DNA from: a bacterium
GTDB lineage: Bacteria; Patescibacteriota; Patescibacteriia; UBA9934
Length of the DNA: 64,000 nucleotides
Direction of reading: 5' to 3'
Assembly (NCBI GenBank): GCA_043818555.1
Contig: JBDRFP010000002.1
Coordinates: 16,774-80,773 of the forward strand
The notes under the pieces were generated by a model. The model worked only from the letters and a program-made list of their open reading frames with translations, did not search any database and was not told the DNA's origin. The position numbers and the translations under genes are program-made. Positions 1 through 10,948 of this stretch are shown piece by piece. Every line of letters starts with the position of its first letter. The stretch's first letter is position 1.

Positions 1-126
1 ATTGCCAAGCGTAGGCAGTGAAAAATTTCCTCCAACCAGCACGGTGACGGCTACGCCGGCAACCAGGCCAAAGACAAAAACCATTTTTGGGTTTCCGTCA
101 AAAAAACCTCTTTTTTGATCTTCCAT
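1..126 (-). CDS. 5' part of a membrane-anchored protein (possibly DsbA-family), running off the window
   Basis: ATG at 126, open to the window edge: MEDQKRGFFDGNPKMVFVFGLVAGVAVTVLVGG, one TM helix; directly follows lgt. Family assignment is a guess. Confidence 0.55.
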   Translation of the reverse strand, partial: MEDQKRGFFDGNPKMVFVFGLVAGVAVTVLVGGNFSLPTLGN

Positions 127-130
127 ATAA

Positions 131-874
131 TTATTTACGGTTTTTTAGTTTGTAAATTGTAATAATCCCAAACGCTGCGAGTAAGATCGACAAATACTGT
201 GCAGGCGTCAGACCGAGGTATCTTACATCAAATGCGCGCAGGAAGTCCAGCCCAAATCGAACAATGCCGTACCAAAGTGCAAAAATCGCAATGTAGAGGC
301 CTGTTTGGCGCTGTTTTCGCGCCAATAGCAGGAAGGTTATTGCCATGGCAAGGCCGTTAATCGACAAGTATAAGCCGTGGTCGTGGCGGATGATTCCATC
401 CGGAAATTCAATGCCGAGCGGGAATGAAGTTTGCGTGCCAGGGTGGTCATGGATAAGGAAGCAGCCGATCCTGCCAATCCAGAGCCCTACCGGAAGGCCG
501 AAAACCGCTGTGTCAGCATAGTCCCAAACGCTTAATTTTTTTCTGCGAAGGTAAATTGCTCCGGCGATTACAACAGCTATGAACCCGCCATAAACCGACA
601 GCCCTCCGTGCCAGATCATCAGGATCTCCGAAGGGTTGCCAAGATAATATCCGGGGTCGTAGAGCAGAATGTGCGCAAGCCGACCGCCGACAAGTCCTGC
701 AAGCATTGCAATCGCGGCAAGGTCGTACACTGCCACGATTTTTAGATTGCGACGACGCGCCATCCATCCTGCCGCAAGCGACCCTGCAACAAAGCCAAGC
801 GCTACAAAAAAGCCCCACACATAAAGTGTAAGCGGACCAGCCTGGATCGATGTAAATTCAAAATATGGGATCAT
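131..874 (-). CDS. lgt: prolipoprotein diacylglyceryl transferase
   Basis: GGRLAH, WHGGLSVYGG, IGRIGCF and RFGLDFLR motifs; multi-TM. Confidence 0.95.
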   Translation of the reverse strand: MIPYFEFTSIQAGPLTLYVWGFFVALGFVAGSLAAGWMARRRNLKIVAVYDLAAIAMLAGLVGGRLAHILLYDPGYYLGNPSEILMIWHGGLSVYGGFIAVVIAGAIYLRRKKLSVWDYADTAVFGLPVGLWIGRIGCFLIHDHPGTQTSFPLGIEFPDGIIRHDHGLYLSINGLAMAITFLLLARKQRQTGLYIAIFALWYGIVRFGLDFLRAFDVRYLGLTPAQYLSILLAAFGIITIYKLKNRK

Positions 875-1512
875 GCATCAATATATTTCGTGAACGATTT
901 TCGATGCTTAATAATCAACGCCGAGCCAACAATGGCACCAAGCGTGTCGTAGACAATGTCGCGAGTAGTGTCGCCAGGCTGGCCTGCCTCGCCATATGCT
1001 GCAGACCCAAATACGGCATCGAGCGACCATTCGCCAAGCTCAACAATAATCCCAAGAGCCAAAGTGATTACTATCAGCGCTGCCAGCACGCCAAACCCAC
1101 TAGGCCCCGATTTACTATCTGACATAACATATGCGAACGCATAAAGCGCCACTGCGGCAAGGGCTGAGCTTGAAAAATGCACAAACGAATCAAACCCAAT
1201 GTCCCAACGATACGGCCCCATAGCTCCAATCCATGAAAGAATTGTGGCAATAACCAAAATGAATTCAATTGTCCCCAGCGCCTGTTCTTTGCCCCGGTCT
1301 CTCAAGCCTGGCACAAGCTCAAAAAATAATTGCGGTAGAAACAAAAGAATCGCTGACAGAACAAACAAATACGCCAGCAACCACTCGAAATCATGGTCAA
1401 TATCAATAACTCGAAAATAAAACAACGGCGCAGCAATAAGGAATAGCCAAAAGCAGGCGTGTACGGTACGTCGTGTTGGTAATTTTGATTTAAATAAACT
1501 CGGAAACGTCAT
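871..1512 (-). CDS. multi-pass membrane protein (DUF2238/YjdF-like)
   Basis: FDSFVHF, ELGEW and DTTRDIVYDTLGAIVG pattern; about 6 TM helices; 4-nt overlap with lgt. Confidence 0.6.
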   Translation of the reverse strand: MTFPSLFKSKLPTRRTVHACFWLFLIAAPLFYFRVIDIDHDFEWLLAYLFVLSAILLFLPQLFFELVPGLRDRGKEQALGTIEFILVIATILSWIGAMGPYRWDIGFDSFVHFSSSALAAVALYAFAYVMSDSKSGPSGFGVLAALIVITLALGIIVELGEWSLDAVFGSAAYGEAGQPGDTTRDIVYDTLGAIVGSALIIKHRKSFTKYIDA

Positions 1513-1551
1513 ATTAGCTCAGTTAGCTCCTTTAGCCCCACTAGCCCTCGC

Positions 1552-3003
1552 TTATTCCTCCTCCGCCTCCTGCGTATGCCAATTCGTAACTGACTGGTAC
1601 GCGTGCGCTGCGTGCAAAATCTTGCCGTCACCCAAGTGAGCGCCCATAAATTGCATGCCGACCGGCAAATCATCCACAAATCCGCATGGCACCGAAATGG
1701 CAGGAATGCCGGCAATGTTTGCTGTGACTGTAAAAATATCAGCCAAGTACATTGCAATCGGATCATTAAATTTCTCACCAATGTCCCAGGCTACTGTAGG
1801 CGATGTTGGGGCAAGCAAAACATCAACCTTCTTGAGAACTTCCTGGATTTCGTCATGAATGGCAGTTCGGACAGCCTGTGCCTTTTTGTAATACGCGTCA
1901 TAATAGCCGGCTGACAAAATATATGTTCCGAGCAAAATTCGGCGCTTCACCTCAGCGCCAAATCCTTCGCCGCGCGCATGAACATAGCTCTCCTGAAGTT
2001 TATCGGTTTGAGCTCGTGTGCCGTAGCGCAGGCCATCGAACCGACCCAAATTAGAGCTTGCCTCTGCTGGTTGAATAATATAATAGGTAGCGAGCGCATA
2101 CTCAGTAAGCGGCAAGCTAACATCTACAATTGTCGCTCCGTTCTCCTTTAAAACATCAATCGCATCTTCTACACACTTTCGCACGCCGTCGTCCATGCCC
2201 GGCACAAAGAACTCGCGCGGCACGCCAATCGTCATACCTTCAATGTTTGACTCCATTAGCTCGGCAACAGTCTTATCCGGCAAATTAAGCGATGTCGCAT
2301 CATATTCATCACCGCCTTCGATCACTTCCAGCAGAAGCGCAACATCTTCTGCGCTCCTGGCAATAGGACCGATCTGGTCCAGGCTGGACGCAAAAGCAAT
2401 CAAACCGTTTCTAGATACTCTGCCGTAGGTAGGTTTTAACCCTGTAACTCCGCATAACGACGCAGGCTGACGAATCGATCCTCCTGTATCGCTTCCCAAT
2501 GCTGCCGGTACCATACAGGCCGCCACCGCAGCTGCCGACCCACCGGAAGATCCTCCCGGAACCTTGGATAAGTTCCACGGATTTTTTGTTTTTTGCCAAA
2601 ATGAGTTTTCAGTAGACGACCCCATTGCAAACTCGTCCATGTTTGTGCGACCAATAATAATCGCGCCGGCTTCGAGCAATCGATCAACTACTGTCGAATT
2701 GTACGCGGCCTTGTAGTTCTCAAGCATTTTCGATCCTGCGCTCGCCGTGTGACCTTTGTATAAAATATTGTCCTTGATTGCAATTGGCACACCCGAGAGT
2801 CGCGGCATAGACTCGCCAGCGTCGCGACGATCATCGATTGCCTGCGCAGCCGCACGCGCTTCATCTTCAAAAACCTCCAAAAACGCGCCAACCTTGCCGT
2901 CGAGCTTTTTTATGCGATCAAGATACAAATCAACTACGCGCACGGCTGTAACTTCACCGCTCGCAACCGCCTCTGCAATTTGTTTTACACTGTCGTATTC
3001 CAT
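1552..3003 (-). CDS. gatA: Asp/Glu-tRNA amidotransferase subunit A
   Basis: amidase signature GGSSGGSAAAVA and GSDTGGSIRQPAS; EVKRRILLGT. Confidence 0.98.
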   Translation of the reverse strand: MEYDSVKQIAEAVASGEVTAVRVVDLYLDRIKKLDGKVGAFLEVFEDEARAAAQAIDDRRDAGESMPRLSGVPIAIKDNILYKGHTASAGSKMLENYKAAYNSTVVDRLLEAGAIIIGRTNMDEFAMGSSTENSFWQKTKNPWNLSKVPGGSSGGSAAAVAACMVPAALGSDTGGSIRQPASLCGVTGLKPTYGRVSRNGLIAFASSLDQIGPIARSAEDVALLLEVIEGGDEYDATSLNLPDKTVAELMESNIEGMTIGVPREFFVPGMDDGVRKCVEDAIDVLKENGATIVDVSLPLTEYALATYYIIQPAEASSNLGRFDGLRYGTRAQTDKLQESYVHARGEGFGAEVKRRILLGTYILSAGYYDAYYKKAQAVRTAIHDEIQEVLKKVDVLLAPTSPTVAWDIGEKFNDPIAMYLADIFTVTANIAGIPAISVPCGFVDDLPVGMQFMGAHLGDGKILHAAHAYQSVTNWHTQEAEEE

Positions 3004-3048
3004 AATTTTACTTTTGACTTTCTGACTTTAGACTTTTTGACTTTCGAC

Positions 3049-3360
3049 TTAATGACTCTCATCCGGCATATCAAAAACCGCCGGCACCTCAAGCGCTCCA
3101 CCCGTGCTCTTCGGGAACGCTTCCCTGCACGCCTCGCGGACGCCCTCGCTACATCCCGTGACTTCATCAGCTCGAAATACATTCACCTGATCGGTCAAAT
3201 AAGCTTTCATGTCGACCTTTGATGTATCGACTTCGTGTAGCTTGCTAACATAGGAAACGATTGACCCAAGTTGGTCAGGGAGTTCCGCTCGCTCCGAATC
3301 ATTTAGATCAATAAGCGCGAGTTTTGAGATGTGATCAATGTCAAATTCGATTTGGGGCAT
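3049..3360 (-). CDS. gatC: Asp/Glu-tRNA amidotransferase subunit C
   Basis: IDHISKLALI, L..VDT, NVFRADEV and VPAV; upstream of gatA. Confidence 0.92.
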   Translation of the reverse strand: MPQIEFDIDHISKLALIDLNDSERAELPDQLGSIVSYVSKLHEVDTSKVDMKAYLTDQVNVFRADEVTGCSEGVREACREAFPKSTGGALEVPAVFDMPDESH

Positions 3361-3449
3361 AAATGTTATTGAGTTATTGAGTGGTTGAGTTATTGAGAGA
3401 CTAAATCACTCAATCACTAAATCACTAAATAACTGTCGTTTCGCATTAA

Positions 3450-5516
<2,067 letters not shown>

Positions 5517-5550
5517 TCAGATTTTTAACCTCCTGAGGAGTTCCCACCCC

Positions 5551-5687
5551 TTAACCCTGAAGGTTTAACCCCTGGGGTTAAACGTTTAGCGTTAAACCCT
5601 GAGGGTTAAGAAGCCTAAACCGCCAAGGTTGGCCCACCCTACTCTTAATCAACGGCCAAAACCAGGGTTTAACCCTGAAGGTTTAAT
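5551..5687. repeat. cluster of TTAA-bounded AACCCTGAAGGTT-type palindromic (REP-like) repeats
   Basis: ttaaccctgaaggtttaacccctggggttaaac...ccctgagggttaa...aaccctgaaggtttaa; same family recurs at 22071, 22753, 29386, 46478, 46582, 59858 and 61080. Confidence 0.85.
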
Positions 5688-5762
5688 TTGGAGATAAATA
5701 TTTTCAAAAATAAATCCCCGACGTGAATCGGGTACGGGCTGATCAAGAACGATCGCTGGCCT

Positions 5763-5889
5763 TTGTGGCCGATCGGGCAAAATGTGCAACATTTGTAAAT
5801 CGTGACAATTGTGTAAACTTAGCAAAGATCCTCTATTTTTATAAAATGAAGTGTTGTAGATTGTGGCCGATCGGGCAAAATGTGCAACA
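5763..5889. repeat. 29-bp perfect direct repeat (5763-5791 and 5861-5889)
   Basis: ttgtggccgatcgggcaaaatgtgcaaca occurs twice. Confidence 0.9.
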
Positions 5890-6066
5890 CATGCAAAATA
5901 AATCCCCCGAAGTTAATCAGGAATGTGCTAATCACGAATGATCGCTGAGCTTGGCGATACCAACGCGGTGGATCGCTTACATGTCCAACATTGTTGCCGA
6001 TCATATGTAATGTTGGACAACAATCGCATTATAAAACCGCCCCATCAGGAGCGGTCAGCAGCGCCT

Positions 6067-6369
6067 TTACGACGCCATACGAGATTGAGCGCGCTTGGCC
6101 CATTCGTCCAGGCAGTCCTCGGCAAGAGCCAAATACCTGCCTGCTTCAACATCGCGCTCAACGATAGTGACTGTCTCCGGCATGGTGTTCATAATCGCCT
6201 TGCGGCGAACCACAGTAAGAACACCGAGTCTGCTGCGGAACGCCGGGCTTATGAGAACCTTTGCGACTCGTCCGCCAACATTTGCATACAGGACGAGCGC
6301 TTTCCTATTCGCATTCTGTGCCTGCACCAGAGCGTAGTCAATGAATACGCATTTTGCTGAACTTTTCAT
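6067..6369 (-). CDS. orphan 100-aa protein, paralog of 6516-6818
   Basis: SD GGAGGT before ATG 6369; shares MKxSAKC, AFR.R.G.L, TMPE.VT and LDEWA.R..SRMAS with its neighbour. Confidence 0.8.
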   Translation of the reverse strand: MKSSAKCVFIDYALVQAQNANRKALVLYANVGGRVAKVLISPAFRSRLGVLTVVRRKAIMNTMPETVTIVERDVEAGRYLALAEDCLDEWAKRAQSRMAS

Positions 6370-6515
6370 TTTTACCTCCAGTAAACAAGAGTTATGTATA
6401 TTATGTTTTTTGAATTTTGTCAACCTTTATGGCCCGAGCTCGGTCAAGATTGCAAAAAAATCCCCCGAACTTAGTCGGGGGACGCTCCACTCATGAGGAC
6501 AGGTCAACGGCGCCT

Positions 6516-6818
6516 TTACGACGCCATGCGGGATCGGGTGCGTTCGGCCCACTCGTCCAGGCTCGCGCCCGAAAGCGAGTAATGGATGCCGCGCCCCATG
6601 TGCCGAGCAACTACGGTTACACTTTCAGGCATGGTGTCCGCAATCGCCTTGCGAACGGCTGCATCCAACTCGCCAATTCGATGCCGGAAAGCGCTGCCAA
6701 TATTCACCTTAGCAGCACACTCATGAATTTCTATGTGAAGCACGAGATCGTTGCCGCTTGATCCCTTTACGATTACGCGCTCGAAAGCGACCAAATGACA
6801 CTTTGCAGAACATTTCAT
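6516..6818 (-). CDS. orphan 100-aa protein, paralog of 6067-6369
   Basis: same length and colinear similarity; terminator hairpin at about 6453-6482. Confidence 0.8.
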   Translation of the reverse strand: MKCSAKCHLVAFERVIVKGSSGNDLVLHIEIHECAAKVNIGSAFRHRIGELDAAVRKAIADTMPESVTVVARHMGRGIHYSLSGASLDEWAERTRSRMAS

Positions 6819-6827
6819 ATTGCCCCC

Positions 6828-6980
6828 TTACCGGCCGCTTCGCTTGCTGCCAGAAGGCAGGCTCGACCTTGCCCTTGCCCAGTCCTCCACGAACCCGCAG
6901 GTTCGTCTTGATGCATCGCGACACCTGCGAGCGCGCTCCTCGAGCACGCAGGAAGTCAGGTTTATCAGGATCTCGATCAT
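6828..6980 (-). CDS. small basic orphan protein (50 aa)
   Basis: SD AAGGAGG and TTGACA-17-TATCTT promoter upstream; MIEILINLTSC...; stop 9 nt before the next ATG. Confidence 0.55.
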   Translation of the reverse strand: MIEILINLTSCVLEERARRCRDASRRTCGFVEDWARARSSLPSGSKRSGR

Positions 6981-7173
6981 TTTTCTCGCCTCCTTTTGGA
7001 TGATTTTGAGTGAACGAACAAGTGATAAAGATAACAAAACTTAGCCAAGTTGTCAAGGCCAGACATCGTAATAGGCCATATTGGTCCAATGGGTCCTATT
7101 TCAACAGAAAACAGACCCCTCGGCCTGTTTATCCAGTCTAATCAAGTTCCAAATCCAGCCCCATCCAGTCACC

Positions 7174-7968
7174 CTAACCAAAGAACCCCATATACCAATC
7201 CAGCAAATACTGCCCCCAAATCATAGTGATAATCGTCGCGCCTGCCATAAAGGTGCCAAACGGCACGTGGCTGTCGAGTTTGTATTTCTTAGTTGTGATC
7301 AAAATGATTCCGGCGATCGCTCCAAGAACGTAGGATAAGAACAGTGCGACGATTCCGAGTTCAATGCCAAGCAAAAATCCCATTAATAAGCCCATTCGAA
7401 TATCTCCACCGCCAATCCACTTTCCACCTGAAATCAAAAATTGAAAGGCAAAGAACCCGCCAAGCAAAAATCCGCCAGCAAGAATATTCATTGCGTCAGT
7501 CCCAAGGAAAATGTTAAATAGCAGTACAATGATCATCGCTGGGATGGAAAATCTGTCCAGAATGTATGAATAGCGCAGGTCGTAAACGAAAATGATGACT
7601 AGGAATACAGCCACTAATGCATCGCGAACGAAAAGCGTTACCCACTCGCCGCCTGCAACGAAAATCGGCAAGCCAAACCCCAGAGCTGCGCGCGCAAACA
7701 AAAGACCAAACAAAATTCCCATCGCAAGCTCCACGGCCGGATACTGCCACTCAATAACGCTTGAGCACTTCCTGCAACGTCCTTTTAGCGCAAAGTAGCT
7801 CCAAATTGGGATGAGGTCGAGTGTGGCTACCGGCACAAGGCACTGACGACATTTTGATCGCCCTGTGATTGGCTCGTTCGCGCCGGTTCGAAAAACCACA
7901 ACATTAATAAAGCTGCCAACAGCAATGCCGAGGACGCAGGCGAAGATTGTCCAAAGGATGATGTTCAT
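7174..7968 (-). CDS. pilD: prepilin peptidase (A24)
   Basis: GSFINVV, two CxxC pairs (CRQC, CRKC), GGGD motif, VPFGTF. Confidence 0.95.
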   Translation of the reverse strand: MNIILWTIFACVLGIAVGSFINVVVFRTGANEPITGRSKCRQCLVPVATLDLIPIWSYFALKGRCRKCSSVIEWQYPAVELAMGILFGLLFARAALGFGLPIFVAGGEWVTLFVRDALVAVFLVIIFVYDLRYSYILDRFSIPAMIIVLLFNIFLGTDAMNILAGGFLLGGFFAFQFLISGGKWIGGGDIRMGLLMGFLLGIELGIVALFLSYVLGAIAGIILITTKKYKLDSHVPFGTFMAGATIITMIWGQYLLDWYMGFFG

Positions 7969-8122
7969 ATCGTAGGGCGTGGGATTTATTGTCGGGAAAC
8001 GATTGTTTATTATCGGCTAGCAAAGTTTATTGGCGATTTGCGAGGTTTATTGTCGGGAAGCTGGGGTTCGTTACAGACCTACAGACCGATAGATGAAGAT
8101 TATTGTCGGGAAGCTCGACTGG

Positions 8123-8632
8123 CTACTCTGAAACCGTGAGCGCTGAACACTCGCCTGGGTCAATTCCTGATTCTGTAGCGCAATTAAGACCGCTCTCAAG
8201 TTCGATTAGCGGATTTGCGCGTTCAAGTTCAAATTGAATTCTGTACTCACCGTCGTCGCCAGCATAGCAATACGCATTGTTAGCACTGCCGCACGATGAC
8301 AATTTTTCCAGCCCCGCAGTCGGGGTCGATGGAACTACCAACATATAGACCGTCTGAGTCGCCTCAGGACACGAACCCGCAAACCCGGACTCCCCAAGAC
8401 AAATGGTAGATGCCTGCCCAAGCGCAATAGCCTCAGCCGTTTCCGGGTACATGTTTGTGTCGTTGAAATAAAGCTCCAGCGCAGCCTGAGTCTGTCTGAC
8501 ATCGGAAAGCCGAACAGCGTCGCGCGTGCGCGAGCGCGCTGTGGAGACCGCCACGACAGCCATTAGGCCAAGTAGACCTATGATTAGGCCTATAATTAGG
8601 ATTTCAATCTTAGTGATCCCTTGGTTGTTCAT
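8123..8632 (-). CDS. type IV pilin / pseudopilin-like protein
   Basis: class III signal QG|ITKIEILI; ARSRTRDAVRLSDVRQ...ALELY...YP typical of CPR pilins; Cys-rich C-terminus. Confidence 0.85.
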   Translation of the reverse strand: MNNQGITKIEILIIGLIIGLLGLMAVVAVSTARSRTRDAVRLSDVRQTQAALELYFNDTNMYPETAEAIALGQASTICLGESGFAGSCPEATQTVYMLVVPSTPTAGLEKLSSCGSANNAYCYAGDDGEYRIQFELERANPLIELESGLNCATESGIDPGECSALTVSE

Positions 8633-8760
8633 AGATTTTCGGTAAACGAGTTTTATTGTCGGAAAACTTTGTTTATTGGCTGACGACGAAGTTTATTGCA
8701 CGGCCTACGGAGATTTATTACGAATAGTAGAATTTATTGTCAAAAACTACTGTACGCTGT

Positions 8761-9150
8761 CTACTGACTACTGTCTACTTTCGTAATCAATTTTTTCATC
8801 TTCGACACGGCCTCTTGCGGGACGAAATGGCCTACAAGCAAATATTCACTTGCGCCTGCCTGCAAGGAGCGTTCGATTTCAGAGCGATCTCCCATTTCAG
8901 CCAAAATAACAATTTTACTGTTCAAAATCGTCGGCATAGACCGCAACTTTCGTACCTCTTCGGAAATATCTGCCGCACAATCAGCATCAAGCAAAATAAT
9001 TGATGGACGAATTTTCACTGCCTTCCTCTCCCCTTCAGAAAGCGATTCAGCAACTTCCACCTCCCACCCGTCAAGTTCGAATTTTCGACCGTAAATTCCA
9101 GCAAGGTAAGGATCGCAGGCGACTATTAAGATAGATGGTGCGCTTGTCAT
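8761..9150 (-). CDS. single-domain response regulator, atypical receiver
   Basis: ILIV, PSIILLD, KIVILA and GASEYL receiver fold; several catalytic residues are substituted. Confidence 0.8.
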   Translation of the reverse strand: MTSAPSILIVACDPYLAGIYGRKFELDGWEVEVAESLSEGERKAVKIRPSIILLDADCAADISEEVRKLRSMPTILNSKIVILAEMGDRSEIERSLQAGASEYLLVGHFVPQEAVSKMKKLITKVDSSQ

Positions 9151-9173
9151 AGGTCGTATAGGTCCTATAAGAC

Positions 9174-10334
9174 CTATTTAGCGTTCTTCATCGCAAGCCC
9201 GGCCGCTACTGAAAACCTCGGACCGATTTCAGCCAAAACAGGCCTCAATCCTTCCGGAGCCGCAATTCGCGCCCATGGGTCTCCCAGGTAAACACTAATG
9301 TTCATAGCCTCTGTGATGATTGGGTCAATCTGAGGGAGCATGGCCGATCCTCCGGTCAAAATAATCTTCTCAACCGTTTGGTGCTGATGGAAATCCTGCT
9401 GGGCAAACAGTTCGAGTGAATACTTAATTTCGTGCAAAATCGGCTGAATTGCTTCTTTGAGAACAGGCGGAATCCCGCCCGGCGGAGGCGAAATTGCCAA
9501 ATCGAGCTTGGTTTGCTCGGCTTCAGACAACGAAATGCTCATTTGCTTTGCGATCATGTCGGTTACTGTTGCTCCTCCGGCCTTTATACTTCGGTGCAAG
9601 AACGGAAATCCTTTGTGAACGATTGTAATGTTTGTGCGCTCATAGCCGATGTCAACAATCATTAACCGCGACTTATCATTGCCGACCAACGATCGAATCA
9701 GCGCGAACGCCTCTGTTTCGAGCGAAACTAAATCAATCTTTGCCGCCTTGAATGCCGCAACATACTTTCCTACCATTTCCTTCGGAGCTCCGGAAACTAA
9801 AACGCGAATATGTTTACCGCCTTGAACTTTTGCAGGATACTCCTCTTTAATCTCCAGTCCCTCGTCTCCGGTTCCTTTGTCTTTTGCCTTATCGATCTTT
9901 TCAGCAAGCGGCGCCTTTGGCAGTAAATCCTTGTCGATTATGGTTGAATCCAGAATCATATCGCCAAGAGGCTTTGGCAGCAGCTTCTGAACCTGATTTT
10001 CAATCAGTGGCTTAAGGTCTTCCTTGTGGCTCTTTGGCTGTGGAATCGTAATTATTGCATGAAAAACCGAATGACTCGGGAGCGATGCGTTCGCCTTGTT
10101 CGACTTCATACCAGACTCCTGCATTATTCTGCGCAAAACCTCAGCGGCCATTTTTGGATCGTCCAAAAGAGCTCCGGCATGCTTTTCCGGATCTCTAAAT
10201 TCTGAGTAGCCATAAGTTACCAGGCGCAGGCGCTTGCCCTCCGGGACCAGCTCAACCATTTTGATTCCGCCGGCTCCAATGTCAACACCCATTAAACCGG
10301 GCGCTACCTTGTCTTTTTTTCCGAAGATTGCCAT
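9174..10334 (-). CDS. pilM: type IV pilus assembly protein PilM
   Basis: GVDIG..IKMVEL, ETE.FAL.R, VDIG..RT, ILTGG and FSVAAGLA actin-like ATPase motifs. Confidence 0.93.
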   Translation of the reverse strand: MAIFGKKDKVAPGLMGVDIGAGGIKMVELVPEGKRLRLVTYGYSEFRDPEKHAGALLDDPKMAAEVLRRIMQESGMKSNKANASLPSHSVFHAIITIPQPKSHKEDLKPLIENQVQKLLPKPLGDMILDSTIIDKDLLPKAPLAEKIDKAKDKGTGDEGLEIKEEYPAKVQGGKHIRVLVSGAPKEMVGKYVAAFKAAKIDLVSLETEAFALIRSLVGNDKSRLMIVDIGYERTNITIVHKGFPFLHRSIKAGGATVTDMIAKQMSISLSEAEQTKLDLAISPPPGGIPPVLKEAIQPILHEIKYSLELFAQQDFHQHQTVEKIILTGGSAMLPQIDPIITEAMNISVYLGDPWARIAAPEGLRPVLAEIGPRFSVAAGLAMKNAK

Positions 10335-10412
10335 AAATGAGAGTATCAAATTTCAAGCTCCAAATAACAATTTATTATTTGGATTTTGGATTTTGGAATT
10401 GATTACAGTATA

Positions 10413-10844
10413 TCACAACCCAAGAGCTTCATCGATGGCTTTGTTTACCATTGCGTCCGCCTCCTTGTTAAACTCACGTCTCACATGAGAAAATCTGATT
10501 TCGCGAAACTTTTGTTTAAAGTTGTGGATCTCCAAAAAATATTCTGCGAGCTTGGCGTTTTTCACCCTATACTCGCCGTTTAATTGTTTGACTGCCAATT
10601 CTGAATCGAGCCTGACATCGATTGACTCAATCCCAAGCTCTTTTGCTTTTTTAAGACCATAAACGATTGCGGAGTACTCAGCCTGATTGTTGGTTGCAGT
10701 GCCAAGGTAAACTCCCTGTTCGAAAATTTTCGGTCCAAGACTTCCGTCCGCATCAAGTTCAAATAAAACAAAACCTGCCGCAGCCGGCCCGGGATTCCCC
10801 CGCGCTCCTCCGTCAGCGAACAATCGTGCTCGTTTTAAGCCCAT
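10413..10844 (-). CDS. rnhA: ribonuclease HI
   Basis: DGGARGNPGPAA, TNNQAEY, DSEL, HVRRE.N..AD. Confidence 0.95.
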   Translation of the reverse strand: MGLKRARLFADGGARGNPGPAAAGFVLFELDADGSLGPKIFEQGVYLGTATNNQAEYSAIVYGLKKAKELGIESIDVRLDSELAVKQLNGEYRVKNAKLAEYFLEIHNFKQKFREIRFSHVRREFNKEADAMVNKAIDEALGL

Positions 10845-10902
10845 ACGGATATATTGTATCACGAAGTGGAATAAGGTGAAAAAGTGAGATGAGGTGAAAT
10901 AT

Positions 10903-10935
10903 AAAACCCCATCGACTATTACTAGTCAACGGGGT
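10903..10935 (-). terminator. intrinsic terminator of the 686-aa orphan
   Basis: accccgttgactag...tagtcgatggggt followed by a T run on the minus strand. Confidence 0.6.
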
Positions 10936-10948
10936 CGAGTCGTCCACT

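Noticed and set aside
5551-5890. Possible CRISPR array
   Set aside because: Repeats are abutting ~14-nt palindromes or only two 29-nt copies, with no regular unique spacers and no cas genes.
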